64,000 bases of DNA from positions 52,013-116,012 of IMG/VR virus record IMGVR_UViG_3300021400_000045; one strand, given 5' to 3'. The position numbers and the translations under genes were made by a program. A model generated the notes under the pieces. It was not told where the DNA came from. It searched no databases and saw only the letters and a list, made by a program, of their open reading frames with translations. Of this stretch, positions 28,900-41,300 are shown piece by piece. The stretch is from a virus. Its lineage: Duplodnaviria > Caudoviricetes. The first letter of the stretch is position 1. Each line of letters opens with the position of its first letter.

Positions 28900-29325
28900 T
28901 TACAGTGAGACGTCCCACTGTTCCATTTCTTTTACAATTGTCTGAACGTAACTGTTTCCATGATTCTTGTCATAGGCCTTTGCCATCTTAATCATGTCTT
29001 CCTTCTCGTAAGCGGCAAGCTTCTTGTCTTCCAAATGTGCGTAGTACAAATCTGTGATCTCATGCCGCAACATCGCCTGTAGCGCCAGCTGTTGGTCTGC
29101 ACTGGTCGTCTTCTGCATTTCGATCAGATTATTCACAGCGCCCTTCAGGCCCTCGATCTCGTTCCGCATCTCGTCAGCGTCAGTGTTCTTCCTGACAACA
29201 CTCTTGAATACTCCACGGGCCTTCCTGCTGACAGCCAGCACCGCGCCGACGATAGCCGTCACAGCGCCGATCAGCGACGAAAGCCAGATAAGCCAGGACG
29301 CAATTTCCACATTTTCCATAATCAA
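28900..29325 (-). CDS. Membrane protein, holin/antiholin-like
   Basis: N-terminal transmembrane helix and the LR..I...Y...Y...GNS motif common in Firmicutes lysis cassettes. Confidence 0.55.
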   Translation of the reverse strand: MIMENVEIASWLIWLSSLIGAVTAIVGAVLAVSRKARGVFKSVVRKNTDADEMRNEIEGLKGAVNNLIEMQKTTSADQQLALQAMLRHEITDLYYAHLEDKKLAAYEKEDMIKMAKAYDKNHGNSYVQTIVKEMEQWDVSL

Positions 29326-29334
29326 GCACTCTCC

Positions 29335-29823
29335 TTACGGGGCGGTCGATCCCTCCCCTTCATTGTTCGCGACCCCGCGAATAAGTTTCAGCATTTCCTC
29401 AACTCCGGTGCTCCCGTCAGCATTCTTCTGAAGGAGCGCATTCATGTTGTCGGCCAGAGCGATCAGGCTGTCCATCAGCATCTCCACATGCTGCGCCTTG
29501 TCAGCGGCCTTGTCCGCATTGCCAAGCATGCGCGTGAACGCGTCATAGTATTCCGGCCCCATGCTGTTGTGCTCGCGCACATACTCCAGCCACCGGCCAT
29601 AGCCATAGGCATACACGCCCGCCATCACCTCGTCGCCGTTCAGGGGATTCTGACCAACCTCCGCAAAAGTATACATAATTGCGGATATCCATCGAAAATC
29701 CCGTGCGACATCGCCGTTCTCCAGCGCCGCCTCTCTCGCGTCCTTCGCGTACCGCAGCGCCACCGCCAGCATTTCACTGTAAGACACATGACTCTTGAAC
29801 TTCATTTCCTTAATGTTATACAT
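29335..29823 (-). CDS. Hypothetical protein
   Basis: In-operon ORF with a ribosome-binding site. Confidence 0.65.
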   Translation of the reverse strand: MYNIKEMKFKSHVSYSEMLAVALRYAKDAREAALENGDVARDFRWISAIMYTFAEVGQNPLNGDEVMAGVYAYGYGRWLEYVREHNSMGPEYYDAFTRMLGNADKAADKAQHVEMLMDSLIALADNMNALLQKNADGSTGVEEMLKLIRGVANNEGEGSTAP

Positions 29824-29860
29824 ACTCCAATACCTCTCTGAATTTCAATTTTAACCAATG

Positions 29861-30178
29861 TTATTCAGCCGACAGACCGTACGCATCCTTGCCACCGAAC
29901 AAGGTGTCCAGTGCGTCGTAACCACCGTTGGCGGTCAAGGAAACGACCACTGCATTGATCAGGTCAAGCACAGCCACATCCCAGCCGGTCATGGTACCGG
30001 TCGCAAACTGGCCCACGACCAGGATGACGAGAGCGATCACATAGCTCACCAGCTGAGCGGGCATCTTGTACAGCAGCTTCTTCAGAAACTCAGTCAGAAT
30101 GCCGGTCGCGAGTACGCATCCGGCGAAGGTCGCGAGATATTCCCAAGTAAAGAAAGTATCCATAATCCATTCCTCCAA
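29861..30178 (-). CDS. Holin
   Basis: Small protein with three hydrophobic segments, next to the endolysin. Confidence 0.75.
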   Translation of the reverse strand: MEEWIMDTFFTWEYLATFAGCVLATGILTEFLKKLLYKMPAQLVSYVIALVILVVGQFATGTMTGWDVAVLDLINAVVVSLTANGGYDALDTLFGGKDAYGLSAE

Positions 30179-31114
30179 TTAAATAATAGAAGCGGTCTCT
30201 TCTTCGACCGCCGTGTGTTGATACTGGCCGATGAGTTCATCAGCCGCGTCTTTGTCCAGATGCCTGACGATCACGGTGTACAGCTTCTCGTCCTCTTCGG
30301 CCTTCTGCCCCTCGTCATCGTCATAGTCGTCCACTGTATCGTTCAGTATCGCCGCCCAGGTCTTGGGCCCGCAGATCCCGTCCACACCGAGCTTGCGCTC
30401 TTTCTGGTACGCCTTCACCGCGCCTACGGTCTTCTTGCCATAGATGCCGTCCGGGTTTCCGCAATCAAAGCCGAGCGCGTTCAGCTTCTTTTGCAGCATC
30501 AGCACGGCCTCGCCTACGCTCCCCTTCTTCAGGATCACATGCGTGTCGGGCTCCAGCTTCTTGCCCAGGTTCTTCGCCACATCACTGCGCAGGGTGTACA
30601 TGGTGTAGTTCTCCCACGCCGTGCCTTTCTTCCCCCACCAGTGCGTCACATCCGCGTGGTTGCTGGCCACGCCCTCCGCATGAAGCTCGCTGTGACACTT
30701 GATGTTGATCGGGTTGATATCGTACATCTTGCACAGCTCAGTGCACATGTACACCACGCACCCGTACAGGTACTCAGCGGCGTAGGCCGTGTCGTTGGCC
30801 TTGCTCGGCTCGCAGATCTCGAAGCCCACGCACCAGTCGTTCGCGTTCCCGTTCTTCCCGCTCCCGGACAGCCACGGTCTGACGTTCCAGTCCAGTGTCT
30901 GCATGATGCCGTGCGTATCGACGATCGCGTTCGCGCACTTGCTGATGGCCTTGGTGTTCCACCGACGCCACCTGTCGCGGTTCGTGCCCTTGCACCCGAC
31001 CGAGTGCACCTGGATACCGGTGGGCTTGCGGCGTTTGTCTGCCTTATAGCACCGGTTTTCTGTCATGATGTACTCCTCTATGGGGTACAGTTCATTGGGT
31101 TCCATAGGTATCAC
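30179..31114 (-). CDS. Endolysin: N-acetylmuramoyl-L-alanine amidase plus peptidoglycan-binding domain
   Basis: VHSVG, FEICE, CHSE..SNHAD, and LKKGS.G..V..LQ..L...DGIYG..T (PG_binding_1). Confidence 0.9.
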   Translation of the reverse strand: MIPMEPNELYPIEEYIMTENRCYKADKRRKPTGIQVHSVGCKGTNRDRWRRWNTKAISKCANAIVDTHGIMQTLDWNVRPWLSGSGKNGNANDWCVGFEICEPSKANDTAYAAEYLYGCVVYMCTELCKMYDINPINIKCHSELHAEGVASNHADVTHWWGKKGTAWENYTMYTLRSDVAKNLGKKLEPDTHVILKKGSVGEAVLMLQKKLNALGFDCGNPDGIYGKKTVGAVKAYQKERKLGVDGICGPKTWAAILNDTVDDYDDDEGQKAEEDEKLYTVIVRHLDKDAADELIGQYQHTAVEEETASII

Positions 31115-31117
31115 CTC

Positions 31118-31627
31118 TTAGTCAGCTACCCAATACTGCGGTGTGGCTTCGGGCGACCACACGACGGGGAAGTCCGGGTTCGGCCCCTGACATGTATAGG
31201 CAACGCCCTTGTATGTCACGCGGTCGCCGGTGTAGTACCACTTGCCTTCCACGAAGTCGGGCGGCATTACCACGGGCGGGTCTTCGCCCTCGCCGCCGCC
31301 TTCTTCTCCGCCTTCGTCGTCCTTGCCGATGTTCTCGATCATCGTGCGTAGCTCGTCCGCTGTCGCCCGCAGTTCTTCGATCGCGGCTTCCACGCTGCTC
31401 AAGCGTTTGCCAAACGCGGCCAGCGTCTGCATCGTATCCAGTGCCGCCGCGAAATGGTCAACCGCGTATTCTCTTGCCTCCACGTACAGCGCGTCGCGTT
31501 CCTCATCGGTCAGCTTGCCCTGGATATGGTAGGCGTCGATCTTCGCCAGCATTTCTTCGAGAGGGAGGTCTCCCTGCTGAATCGCAAACGAAAATCTGCT
31601 CTTTGTAATATCACTCATTGGAAACAC
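31118..31627 (-). CDS. Protein with C-terminal carbohydrate-binding (CBM5/12-like) module
   Basis: Y.TGDRVTYKG..Y....VWSP..P.YW. Confidence 0.6.
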   Translation of the reverse strand: MFPMSDITKSRFSFAIQQGDLPLEEMLAKIDAYHIQGKLTDEERDALYVEAREYAVDHFAAALDTMQTLAAFGKRLSSVEAAIEELRATADELRTMIENIGKDDEGGEEGGGEGEDPPVVMPPDFVEGKWYYTGDRVTYKGVAYTCQGPNPDFPVVWSPEATPQYWVAD

Positions 31628-33944
31628 CTCTCTGGTAAATCTTCCTCATCATCAGCCTCGCGCCGTGTCCAGATGTCAGCGCCTTCTCCGGCACGATCTG
31701 CATACTGCTTCCATCTGTGTCCCGACAGATCACGAAGTCCGCTATTACGTTGTCGCCGCGCAGGCTCTCGCCCTCCATCAGAACTGTTGTGCCAAACTTG
31801 GTAATGGTAAAGTGTGTTATGCTTTTCCTGTCCGCGTTGGCCAAGGTCAGTGCGCACTGGCTCGCCCGTGTTGACCCACCGTAACGCATCATGCTCCGGT
31901 AGTCAGCCACAGTTGTGTCGTTGTCAAAGAATACTTTGTAGTCTGTGTTCTCGTTCGCGCCGAGGATCACTGTGCCTTCCCACATGTCACCGTCTTCCAG
32001 GTTCAGGTTGGTCACTTCCAGTACTGTTGCGTTTGCCGCTGTTGAGTTATTGTTGCTCAGTCTTCTGTGCGAGAAGTCCAGCATACCCAGTGCCGACTTC
32101 GCGCCGTCGATCGTGGTTGCGCCCGTACCGCCATGTGGTATGCCCAGCGTGCCGCCCAGCTTGCTCACATCGTCGCCCTCGAACATCATCTTGTGCCACG
32201 CGCTGAAGGTCTGTGTGGAGCGTGTATACTGCCGCATGTATACGGCGTTCGCGTCTCTGGTGATGAACACCTGTGCCAGCGTAAAGCTGTCTGTGTGCTC
32301 GTCTCCGCTCACGCTCATCACGATCAGCTGTCCGGGCCTTGCCACGGGCTGGTGTCCCAGACTGCTCACGGTCACATCATAGGTACCGGGTGTCAAGTAG
32401 GTGTCGAAGTCACCGGTCACCATGCCGTTGTAGGTCAGGTGCTTGTGGTATGATGCCATGTCCACGCCGCCGATGTACACCTTCCAGTTCTCGTTGATGG
32501 TCAGTGTGTTGTCCGTGTCTGACGCGGCACGTCCTACACCAATGGCCTTTCCTCCGTCCCTGAAGTGAAACACATACGTCGCCGTCGGGATCATGACCAC
32601 AGCCTCGCTGTGTCCGCCCAGATCGTCGGAGATCACGACCATGATGTCATAGCTCTTGTCCGCGCTCAGTGCACCGTCGCCCGTGCCATCACCCGCGCCG
32701 ATGATGAACGGTTCTCCGTTGGCGAACTCTGTTTCGGCGTTTGTGTAGCTTGACGTGCCTGTTTCACGGTAATAGGCGCTGGTATGCGCGGTGTTGTCGC
32801 CGACCTCGCTGATGGCAAAGTTCACTGTCACCAGTGCGCATGTGCCCAGGTCGCTCCTCGTCCCGTCGCTCAGACACCTGACTGCGCTCACGCTCGATAT
32901 CCTCGGCGCAGCGCTCGACAGCACGCTGATCGTTCTGGTCTTCGTCGCCGTCCTGCCGCGTGAGTCCGTGATCGTCGCCGTCAGCGTGATTTGTCCGCTG
33001 GTGTTCATGATCTCCGTGGTCGCTTTGTACGTCCCGTTGTCCGCTGTGCCGTCCAGTGTGTCGCCCCAGCCGGTGAATGTCACGCTCGTGATCGTGCTCC
33101 CGTAGCTTCCGTCCACGCTGGGCAGTTCCAGACCTATCGCTGTATAGCCCTGTACATACACGCTCGACCAGCTTTCGGACACGCTCGTCGTATAGACCGG
33201 TTTCGCGTTCAGAGCGCCCGCCGATGGCACGATGTCAGCCGGTACGTTGACCGTGAAGGTGTACTTCTGTGTGCTCCCGATTCGTGTGTCGCCGTTCAGG
33301 GTGATCAGCTGGGCCGAGCCGATGCCTGATGTGCTATTCGGGATCTCTGAGCAGAACGTCAGCGGTATCGACCATGACGACTCCGGCTTTTCAATGCCAG
33401 CTTCCAGCTCCTGCGTGTTCGTCTGTTTGCCGAAGCTCCAGATCACGCGGTGGCTGTACGCCTGGTTTGTCGGGTTCACTGTCAGGGTGATTGATGTGCC
33501 GCTTCCTGCGGTCACAGACTTTGTGCTGAGCGTGCCCGATGAGTTCGGCAGCTCGTACTCGATCGTGAGCACAATAGAGGAGAAGCTACAATATACGCCG
33601 CCGCTTCCGCCTGTGCCCCTCGCGTACCCGCTGTACGCCTGAAAGCTGAACACGATGTTCAGTGTCGCCGGTATCGCACTCAGCCACCCAGCCACGTTCA
33701 CAGCGCCGTTCGTGCTGCCTGTCGTGTGGTCATTGGTGACGCTGTAGGATACATTGCCGACCGCCGCCTTGCTGTCACCGGGGCCGTTGGTCTTGATGCT
33801 CAGTGTGGCCGACCGTACCACGCTGTCCGTAGGGATGTCAGACAGGTTCACAGCCACCGTCTTCGTCGCTGTCGATGGGTAGAACGAGTCCGACCATGTA
33901 GACCGTAATTGGAAATTATCTATATTGATTACTTTTGTTGCCAT
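31611..33944 (-). CDS. Minor tail structural protein (DUF859-like)
   Basis: IPNSTSG, YVQG, TDSRGRT and GGKAIGVG motifs. Confidence 0.65.
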   Translation of the reverse strand: MATKVINIDNFQLRSTWSDSFYPSTATKTVAVNLSDIPTDSVVRSATLSIKTNGPGDSKAAVGNVSYSVTNDHTTGSTNGAVNVAGWLSAIPATLNIVFSFQAYSGYARGTGGSGGVYCSFSSIVLTIEYELPNSSGTLSTKSVTAGSGTSITLTVNPTNQAYSHRVIWSFGKQTNTQELEAGIEKPESSWSIPLTFCSEIPNSTSGIGSAQLITLNGDTRIGSTQKYTFTVNVPADIVPSAGALNAKPVYTTSVSESWSSVYVQGYTAIGLELPSVDGSYGSTITSVTFTGWGDTLDGTADNGTYKATTEIMNTSGQITLTATITDSRGRTATKTRTISVLSSAAPRISSVSAVRCLSDGTRSDLGTCALVTVNFAISEVGDNTAHTSAYYRETGTSSYTNAETEFANGEPFIIGAGDGTGDGALSADKSYDIMVVISDDLGGHSEAVVMIPTATYVFHFRDGGKAIGVGRAASDTDNTLTINENWKVYIGGVDMASYHKHLTYNGMVTGDFDTYLTPGTYDVTVSSLGHQPVARPGQLIVMSVSGDEHTDSFTLAQVFITRDANAVYMRQYTRSTQTFSAWHKMMFEGDDVSKLGGTLGIPHGGTGATTIDGAKSALGMLDFSHRRLSNNNSTAANATVLEVTNLNLEDGDMWEGTVILGANENTDYKVFFDNDTTVADYRSMMRYGGSTRASQCALTLANADRKSITHFTITKFGTTVLMEGESLRGDNVIADFVICRDTDGSSMQIVPEKALTSGHGARLMMRKIYQRGVSNE

Positions 33945-33956
33945 ATCTTCACCGCC

Positions 33957-34832
33957 TTACCCGACATAGATTAATGCCATGCCGGTATCAGTCGGCACGA
34001 AAGCAAACTTGCCAATGTTCATTCTTGATGTGATTTCAGCGTTGGTGATGTGCATCGACTGGTTGTTGATGTGCGCCACCTTGTTGCCGTTCTGGTTGAA
34101 GGCCAACTCCTCGTTCGACAAGTCCATCGTGAACGCGCTGTCGCTCTTGCCCATATGCAGGCCTTTGCTGTCAGCGTCCATCCATGTCTTGTTCCGGGTC
34201 ACCCACTCGGTGCCTTCGCCCGCTTTCTTCTCCAGCTCGCTGAAGGTCAGGTTCCACTTCTCCTCAGTGGCGGTCAGGTCAGACCGCGCCTGATCCAGGA
34301 AGTCGTTCATGCCCTGCCGGTAGGTGTCCGTACGCACCACATAGGCCGTGATCTTGTCGTAGTCCGCTTTCAGCTCCACGTCCCGCACACGGTTCACCAG
34401 TCTGGCGATGTCCGTCTCCGTGTCCTCCGGCGCGGGGCTCCAGTCAGAAGCTCTGTTACCCAGCTCCAGCATCGCCTTGTACAGGTACAGGTCTTCACCC
34501 AGCTTGCTGTCTGCGGCCTTGCTGTAGATGGGCATGAAGTCGATGTTCTCGTTCGCGGGGCTCTCGCAGTACACTTCCAGCTTCTGCCAGCCTTCGCTCA
34601 CAGCCAGCTCAAAGTTCTTCGCCGCGCCCAGCACGTTCACTACCAGCCGCATGTCCAGCATGGGCTTCACCCATACCGTGAACATGAATATCCCATCAAT
34701 ACCAGACGCCCCTCCCACTTTGGGGAGTGGCAACGTCTGAACTCTGTACATACCGCCGTTCATATCGGTCAGTGCGAGCACACTGTCTTGGGTGTGGTCG
34801 TACACTTCCGCTGTCATGCTTTTGTATTCCAT
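33957..34832 (-). CDS. Tail protein (gp58-like)
   Basis: LELGNRASDWSPAPED motif and a C-terminal beta-repeat spike region. Confidence 0.55.
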   Translation of the reverse strand: MEYKSMTAEVYDHTQDSVLALTDMNGGMYRVQTLPLPKVGGASGIDGIFMFTVWVKPMLDMRLVVNVLGAAKNFELAVSEGWQKLEVYCESPANENIDFMPIYSKAADSKLGEDLYLYKAMLELGNRASDWSPAPEDTETDIARLVNRVRDVELKADYDKITAYVVRTDTYRQGMNDFLDQARSDLTATEEKWNLTFSELEKKAGEGTEWVTRNKTWMDADSKGLHMGKSDSAFTMDLSNEELAFNQNGNKVAHINNQSMHITNAEITSRMNIGKFAFVPTDTGMALIYVG

Positions 34833-34861
34833 GTTATCACGTCCATACTAAAGTGAACCGC

Positions 34862-35317
34862 CTACTGGTAGACGATTTCACTCATCTCCAGCAGGCAGTC
34901 TGACAGAAGTTTTATTTTGTTTTGCTGTTCAGTTATGATCTGCCGCATCTCGGCAATGGTCAGGGGCTTGTCCTCGTCGTCGGGCGTGACCTCTTCGGGT
35001 TCGGGCTCGATGATCTCCGGTTCGATGTCGTCCGGCGAGATGGTCTCGCCGTTGATCAGTCTGGCGCGGAGCTCCTCGTACTCGTCCTCTTCGATGATCA
35101 CCACCTGCGCCGCCTCGTAGTCCGTATAGGTTTCCGGCACCGGCTTCAGCCAGTTGTCGTGGTACGCCTTCAGCTCATCGCTTGACTGCGCGAACTGTGC
35201 CTCACTCACATCACAGGCGATCATACACCCATGCTTCTCGCTCCAATTCAGGAAGACGAAACCGACGTCGATCACGGCGTCATCTTTTATGATCTTATAG
35301 AAATGCATATGTTTCAC
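34862..35317 (-). CDS. Hypothetical protein (possible fibre chaperone)
   Basis: Ends CLLEMSEIVY, as seen in proteins that follow tail fibres. Confidence 0.55.
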   Translation of the reverse strand: MKHMHFYKIIKDDAVIDVGFVFLNWSEKHGCMIACDVSEAQFAQSSDELKAYHDNWLKPVPETYTDYEAAQVVIIEEDEYEELRARLINGETISPDDIEPEIIEPEPEEVTPDDEDKPLTIAEMRQIITEQQNKIKLLSDCLLEMSEIVYQ

Positions 35318-35323
35318 CGCCTA

Positions 35324-38300
35324 TCAGATAGAGAAGCAGATGTAGAATCTGCTCGACGGGTTAGAACTAAACGATCCACTGCCCTGCGGGTTGATCCTGT
35401 ACCAATACGAGTAAGAATAACCAGTCGGTTTTGTTCTTGTCGCCACATAGTCATAACCATATACCCACAGTCCGCCTTGCTGGCCTTGTGCCTTGAGGTG
35501 TTCTGAGCTCGTGACAGATCGTCCAGAAACATACCCAAGCTTTGCCACCGTCTCTGCGCTCAAGTAATAATACAGTGAGTAGTTGCGCGGTCTCCACACG
35601 TCGCCGTCTTTCACTGTGCCCGTCGAGGTTACGACAGTCGGGTCGTTGGCATAATTGGCGTTGGAGTTATAGTCATAGAAAGTCCTGTTTGACGGTATGA
35701 TGATTGCTGGGGCCGTTACTCGGTTGGCAACGCTGTTGAATCTGCCGTACAATGAACCTTCTGACAGGTATGCCGCAGTACTTGTGCTATAATACTCAGA
35801 ATATGACGGGATATAGATCTTATCTTCGGAGTACTCTATTGTCGACGAGTTTGTCTCGCCAACAATAGCCGGGATCATGACCGCTCTGATAATGACCTGC
35901 CACTCGGTCGGTAGCGCTGCAAAACACCTGTCGTTCAAGAAATTCCGTATCGGTGAATTTCCCCAGCCCAATTCTCTGTTTCCAAAGGCGTACGACAGGT
36001 AGGATAGTGAATTGGCCACGAAAGACGCCGCACATTTCTGCGCTGTACCGCCTGTTAGACGATACCTCTCAGCTCCACAGAACTCCATGCGCCATGTCTC
36101 ATGCGGCCAATTTGCGATCCTCTCACACACCGTGTTTCCGAGATCGTCATACCAGATCTTGCACCAGTGAATCCATCCCTTTGCGTAATAATCCCAGGTG
36201 TTTCCGGCAAATGGCACACCGCCAAATGCAAGGTGCACATCAGAGGGCGTAAACGTCGTGCGGTACATAACAAGATTTGTTATCTCTTTATTATAAGAAC
36301 CGCCGGTCGTGCCATTGGTCATAATCTGCATTAGCTGGGATCCTTTCTCATGTCTGATTACGATAATGCCTCGCTGGTAGCCGCTTCCGACAACATTGTT
36401 TCTGTCGCCCCACTGTATGTTCGGGTTCTGATTGTAACGTAGCCTGAATCCTTCGATCGCATTTCCGCTGATACAGGATACGAGTGTCGAGTCTACCTCG
36501 TTTGAAATAAACTCGTAGTCAATCGCCAATGTAAATGTCGGCGCATCTTCACCGAACAGCCTGATGCCAGTGTCAACCGCCCTTGTGCCATCAAAGAACT
36601 CCTCGTTCATGAGCACTTCTGAACGCACATTACCGGGTTGAGGCTCACCGCTTGTATCAAAGTCGAAATCAGCGCCAGCCACAATATCTATATAGTCCCT
36701 GTTCTCCCAATAGTTGTTGGCAACCCTTTCTCTGGCGACTGCATAGATCTGTGCGATCGTCATGTCTTTCAGGTCTACATACCCATCAGAGCCCTTCGCG
36801 GGCGGCAGGGATGCTGTATCCCATTTGGCATATACATCAGTATTGCCATTGATATGTCCTGTTGATTTGTCCCAGCCAGTGAACACATAATAGATACCGT
36901 TGTTCTCCAGCGTGGTCATCGTCGGGAAGTCATACGGGTCATCGCTATAGGTGAGCTCAGCGCCATACTCTACATTCTCCACTGTCTTCAGTAAACGTCC
37001 TGGCTGTGCATACCAACGCACAGTATATGTGCGCACTTCTGTGTCATATGTCGCCACTACTCGTCTTGGCCCTGTAACCTTGCCGCTGATGTTATCCCAA
37101 CCACTCCATGTGTATGTATATTTTTCGTCTTCTTTGAGCTCCGGCGGGTCGATCTCGCCCGTGTCATACACAGGGTCAAGGATTGTCTGACCGGCTTCTA
37201 CATACTGAATATACGCGGCTCCGCTCTTGTCCAAGATTGGGTTGCCGTCCATGTTCCAGAAGCTCACCTCGTACTCAGGGATAATGGTCACTTCTTCCTG
37301 GCTCTGGCTGATGGGCTTGATTTGCAGGTCGGGGTAGTAGGTCTGCATCAGCTCGTACACGCGCTGGCCGATGGCGTTGCACCTAATCGTGCCGGTGATA
37401 ACGGGCCACAGCTTGTCCGCCCCCCTGCCTGTAACGAGGTCTCCTTCAGCGTTCAGCTGTTTGCCCTGTGCTACTGAAGAAGTCAGTAGTTTGAAGATGT
37501 CATAGTTGTCCTCGTCGTATACCTCGTCAATGTTCACCAGTCGCAGGCCGCGTGTCAGGCTGCTCAGCCGCTCGCTTACTATGTCTAGCATACCGGTGTT
37601 CGGCGTGTTTTCAATGTACAGGTAGTTTAGGTTATTGAGACTGTCATAACTGAAGTCGGTCAGGTACTTCTGATTGCGTAGCTCAATGCTTGTCGGTGCA
37701 CCCAGTTCTAGCGTTTCCAGAATGCCGCCGTTCGCAAAGTAGATCGCGGGTGCTGAAGACCCGCTCGCCAGCACCACCCTGATCAGCTTGTTGTTTCTCA
37801 GATTGATGGCATTGAGAATGCCATTGCATCCCCTGATATTCAGAGTGTCCAGCAGCGAGCATGCGCTGGTGTCCAGTCCCTTCAGCGAGTCGTTGCTGTA
37901 GCCGTATGCGTTGGAGCCGATCAGCAGTGTCTTTAGTTTCTTTGCGTTCTGAAGCTGGATCTCGTAGGGTTTGAATGCCGCAAGGCTGGAAATATCGGTC
38001 AGGTTGGTCGCGCCCATGATATACACGGTATCAGAGACCTTCATAACATACACGTTTGAACCCTCGATCTTAACGTCGGGTGCAAAGAGTTCGGCAGTTT
38101 CGCCTGCGGCCTTCTTGGTGCTCATCACTGGCGTATTGCTGTCGCCGTACTTGATACCCATATACATGCTTTGGATTGCCTTCAGGTCGATCTTTGTGTC
38201 TTCACGCGCAAGAGGCGCACCGCATCTGAAGGTGATCTGGTCATACGTGAATTGCGGGGTCTGATACTTGGAGTACAGCATCATTGACCTCCGGTAGATA

Positions 38301-41300
38301 AAGCTCTCCTTCTGTTCAGTACGGCTGCCGCGAAGCAGGTACTGATACTCGTGGGTCTTCGTCCACCGACTGTCCTGTGTTGGGTCTCCTACCACTTCAC
38401 TTGTGTCTTTTGAATAATCGATATAGCCCTCTGTCCATGGCGCTTCATATTTGTATACCATGTCTTCATTGACAATGGTCGGGCACACCAGATTTGCGTT
38501 TTCTGTGATGTGCGTCTGGGTCAGTACAGTATGGTTCAGTGTGCCGGTTCCTTCAGAGGGGTTGGCCAGCCTCTGCGCACGCTCCTTGATCTCCGTGCCC
38601 ATCGCTTCTTCAAACATGCACCACAGTCTGCTGTCGTGTCCGTTGAACTGGTATCTGCCGCCAAGGTAATATGTCCAGTCCGCGTAGTACGGGATGTTCA
38701 GGTAGCCGGAGTTCTCTACGCCAAAGCAGCTGTCCAGGTCATACAGGTCGGTATACCAGATGCAGAAGGTCGAGTTTTCCCAGTCGATTTTGCTGGCGTC
38801 CACAGCGCCGGTTTCATCATCCACAATATCCCAGATTGAATGCACGTTACTGTCTGTGAACACCAGATGTTCAACAGTCGTGTCTTTACAAGACAAGAAC
38901 ATGTTCTTTGCACGATTGTCAGCCAGCGCTACCCACTCAATAAACAGATAGTATACCAGAGCGTGTTCCATATTGAAGTGTCTGGTAAACTCATTGGTAA
39001 AGATGGCTTTCTTATAGTCGCGCTCATTGGTGTAGGACTGACCGTTATAGGTGTATGTGCCGGTCGTCTCTGCTGATGCATCCCAGAAGTTCGCCCGCTG
39101 GTACACCCACGTAAACAGCGCCTGTACATAGTCATATTTCGGCTCGATACCGGCCTTGTCCAGATCGCCCTCGTCGGGGTAACAGCTTTCAAGCGCGTCG
39201 CGCACGCTCCTGCGCCACGTCGTAATACCCGTAGCCGTGTCGGTCGAAGAAATCTTCGTCATCATACGGTCGGTCGTAAAGGTGCACAGCGGCTTCGAGT
39301 TATCCTTGAACTCCCACTTCTGCTCCTTGGTATTGGCTCCGCTGTCACCTTCCGTCTCCAGCCCGAAGGACTTGCTGTTTGACTTGTCATTATTCAGGCA
39401 CCCGTCACCGGCGAACGCGATCACGCCGTCCGCGTAATTGTTAAAGTCCAGGTTTTCCAGGAACTGCGCATACTTCTCCTGGTCAAACTCTTCGCGGTTA
39501 AAGCCCTCCAGGAAGTCGCCCTCGCTCATATTGAACAGCAGACACCTGAAGCCCCAGATGGTGTTTTGCAGGATGTTCGCGTTCTTCATACCGGCAAACG
39601 TCTCAGCCCTGTCCTCAAACAGCGTGTCCGCGATGTTCGCGTTGAAGGTGTTCGCGTGGTCAGTAGACATGTAGTCCATCTTAAAGCACAGCGTGCTTTC
39701 GGGAACGCTCAGATTATTGCCGCTTGAGTCCTTCCCTTTGAGCGCGTATTTTACCTTCTCGGTGCCGGTGATGATCTTGTGGCCATCCTCGTCGAGCACA
39801 GGGTTCCCTTGCTCGTCCACTTCATATTTGTTCTTTTCAAGCTTGACCTTGAAGTTCTTTCTCATGAACTTCTGCGATGACGTACCCTGCACCTTGATGC
39901 TGGGTATGAACTTGGTGTCGTCCCTGTCCAGCAGGGAGAACTCTGTCTTATAACCGCCGTGTCCGTCGGGCTTCGTCAGCACCACGCCCACATATTGCGT
40001 GTCAGCTTTCGTGTTTGAAAGCCTGCCGATGAACAGCAGACACGGGTACTTGAGTCTTGCCTTTACATAGGAAATACTTTTGCTGTTGTCGAGCACATCA
40101 TTGTACTCGTTCTCGGCGATGCGCTCGCGGATGTCCACAGAAGAGTTCTTATGGTTCTGCAGCACCTGCGTCCTGTCCAGTCCAATATTGTACAGCCGCA
40201 CGTCGTAAAGCTTTGTCACGCAGTCTTTGGAGCCGATGGTGATGATAGCGTTGCTGTCATACTTGTCCTTCTCGTCATACAGGAAGGAGTTCGCGTACTC
40301 GCCGTTGATGTAGATGTTGGCATGGCTGATAAAGTCATTGCTGGCCGTCTTGGCCCACGGCTCGATAACAAAGGATACCCTGATGCGTTTTTCATCCTTG
40401 ATGTACGCGCACGGGATGGCGTCCTCGTTTTCAATAAAGCCAGTGCTGTCCATAACGGCCTGCTGTCCGTCAGCCAGCAGATAGCATACCTGCGGCGTGA
40501 TCACAAAGCCGACGCCATCCTCATTCATGCACGTAAAGACTGGCGTATTCTGGTTCGTCACATCACTGAGTTCAAACTCGAACTCCATCGTGCGTCCCTT
40601 GGTCACCACTTTCGCACCTTGCTGGGAGTCCAGCATCACGTCGTCGCCGTCTGCGTTTTCATACCATGTCGAAAGTATCGGCAGGTCGATGTTCATTCTC
40701 GCCGAACCGGTCAGCGTCAGCGCGTCGCCGCCCAGATAGCCGTCCGTGACCCAGTTGAAGCCAGTCATGCGCGTGTACACATTACACTCATTGCCGACCG
40801 CGTCCTCAAACTTGTACACATACTGCTCCTTGCCGGTGCTGTTGTTCGTATAGCCGATCGGCTTGTAGGAGTATACCAGCCCGGTTGTGATCGATGTCAG
40901 GTCGTAGTCCGAGGTAACGTCGGTCACCTCAAACTCCAGCACAGTCACGGTACTGCCGCTTGAAATCTCGATGTATGCCTTGCCCTTGTCCGGGTAATTG
41001 CTGATCTTGGGCGTCTGCATCACATTGTTGGGTACGTCGATTTCATTGGCGGTGAAGTACTCAGTGCCGTCATCGTCATACACCCTAATGTTCAACTCGT
41101 CCGTCTTCTCCTGTCCGGGCGTAAAGCAAACGTAGTTCAGCTGTACCTGTTCGCCGTTCTCGATGGTGTAGTCGCTCAGCGTAGCGCCGATGATGGTCGC
41201 CGTGCTGTCACCGTTGTTGTATAGCACGATGAACTCCAGGATGTTCGACTTCGCGCCGTCGTCCAGTTCAAACCACAGCTTCAGGTTGTGTGCGCCGTAT

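Noticed and set aside
29858-31351. 497-aa plus-strand ORF
   Set aside because: Antisense to the clearly recognisable holin and endolysin genes.
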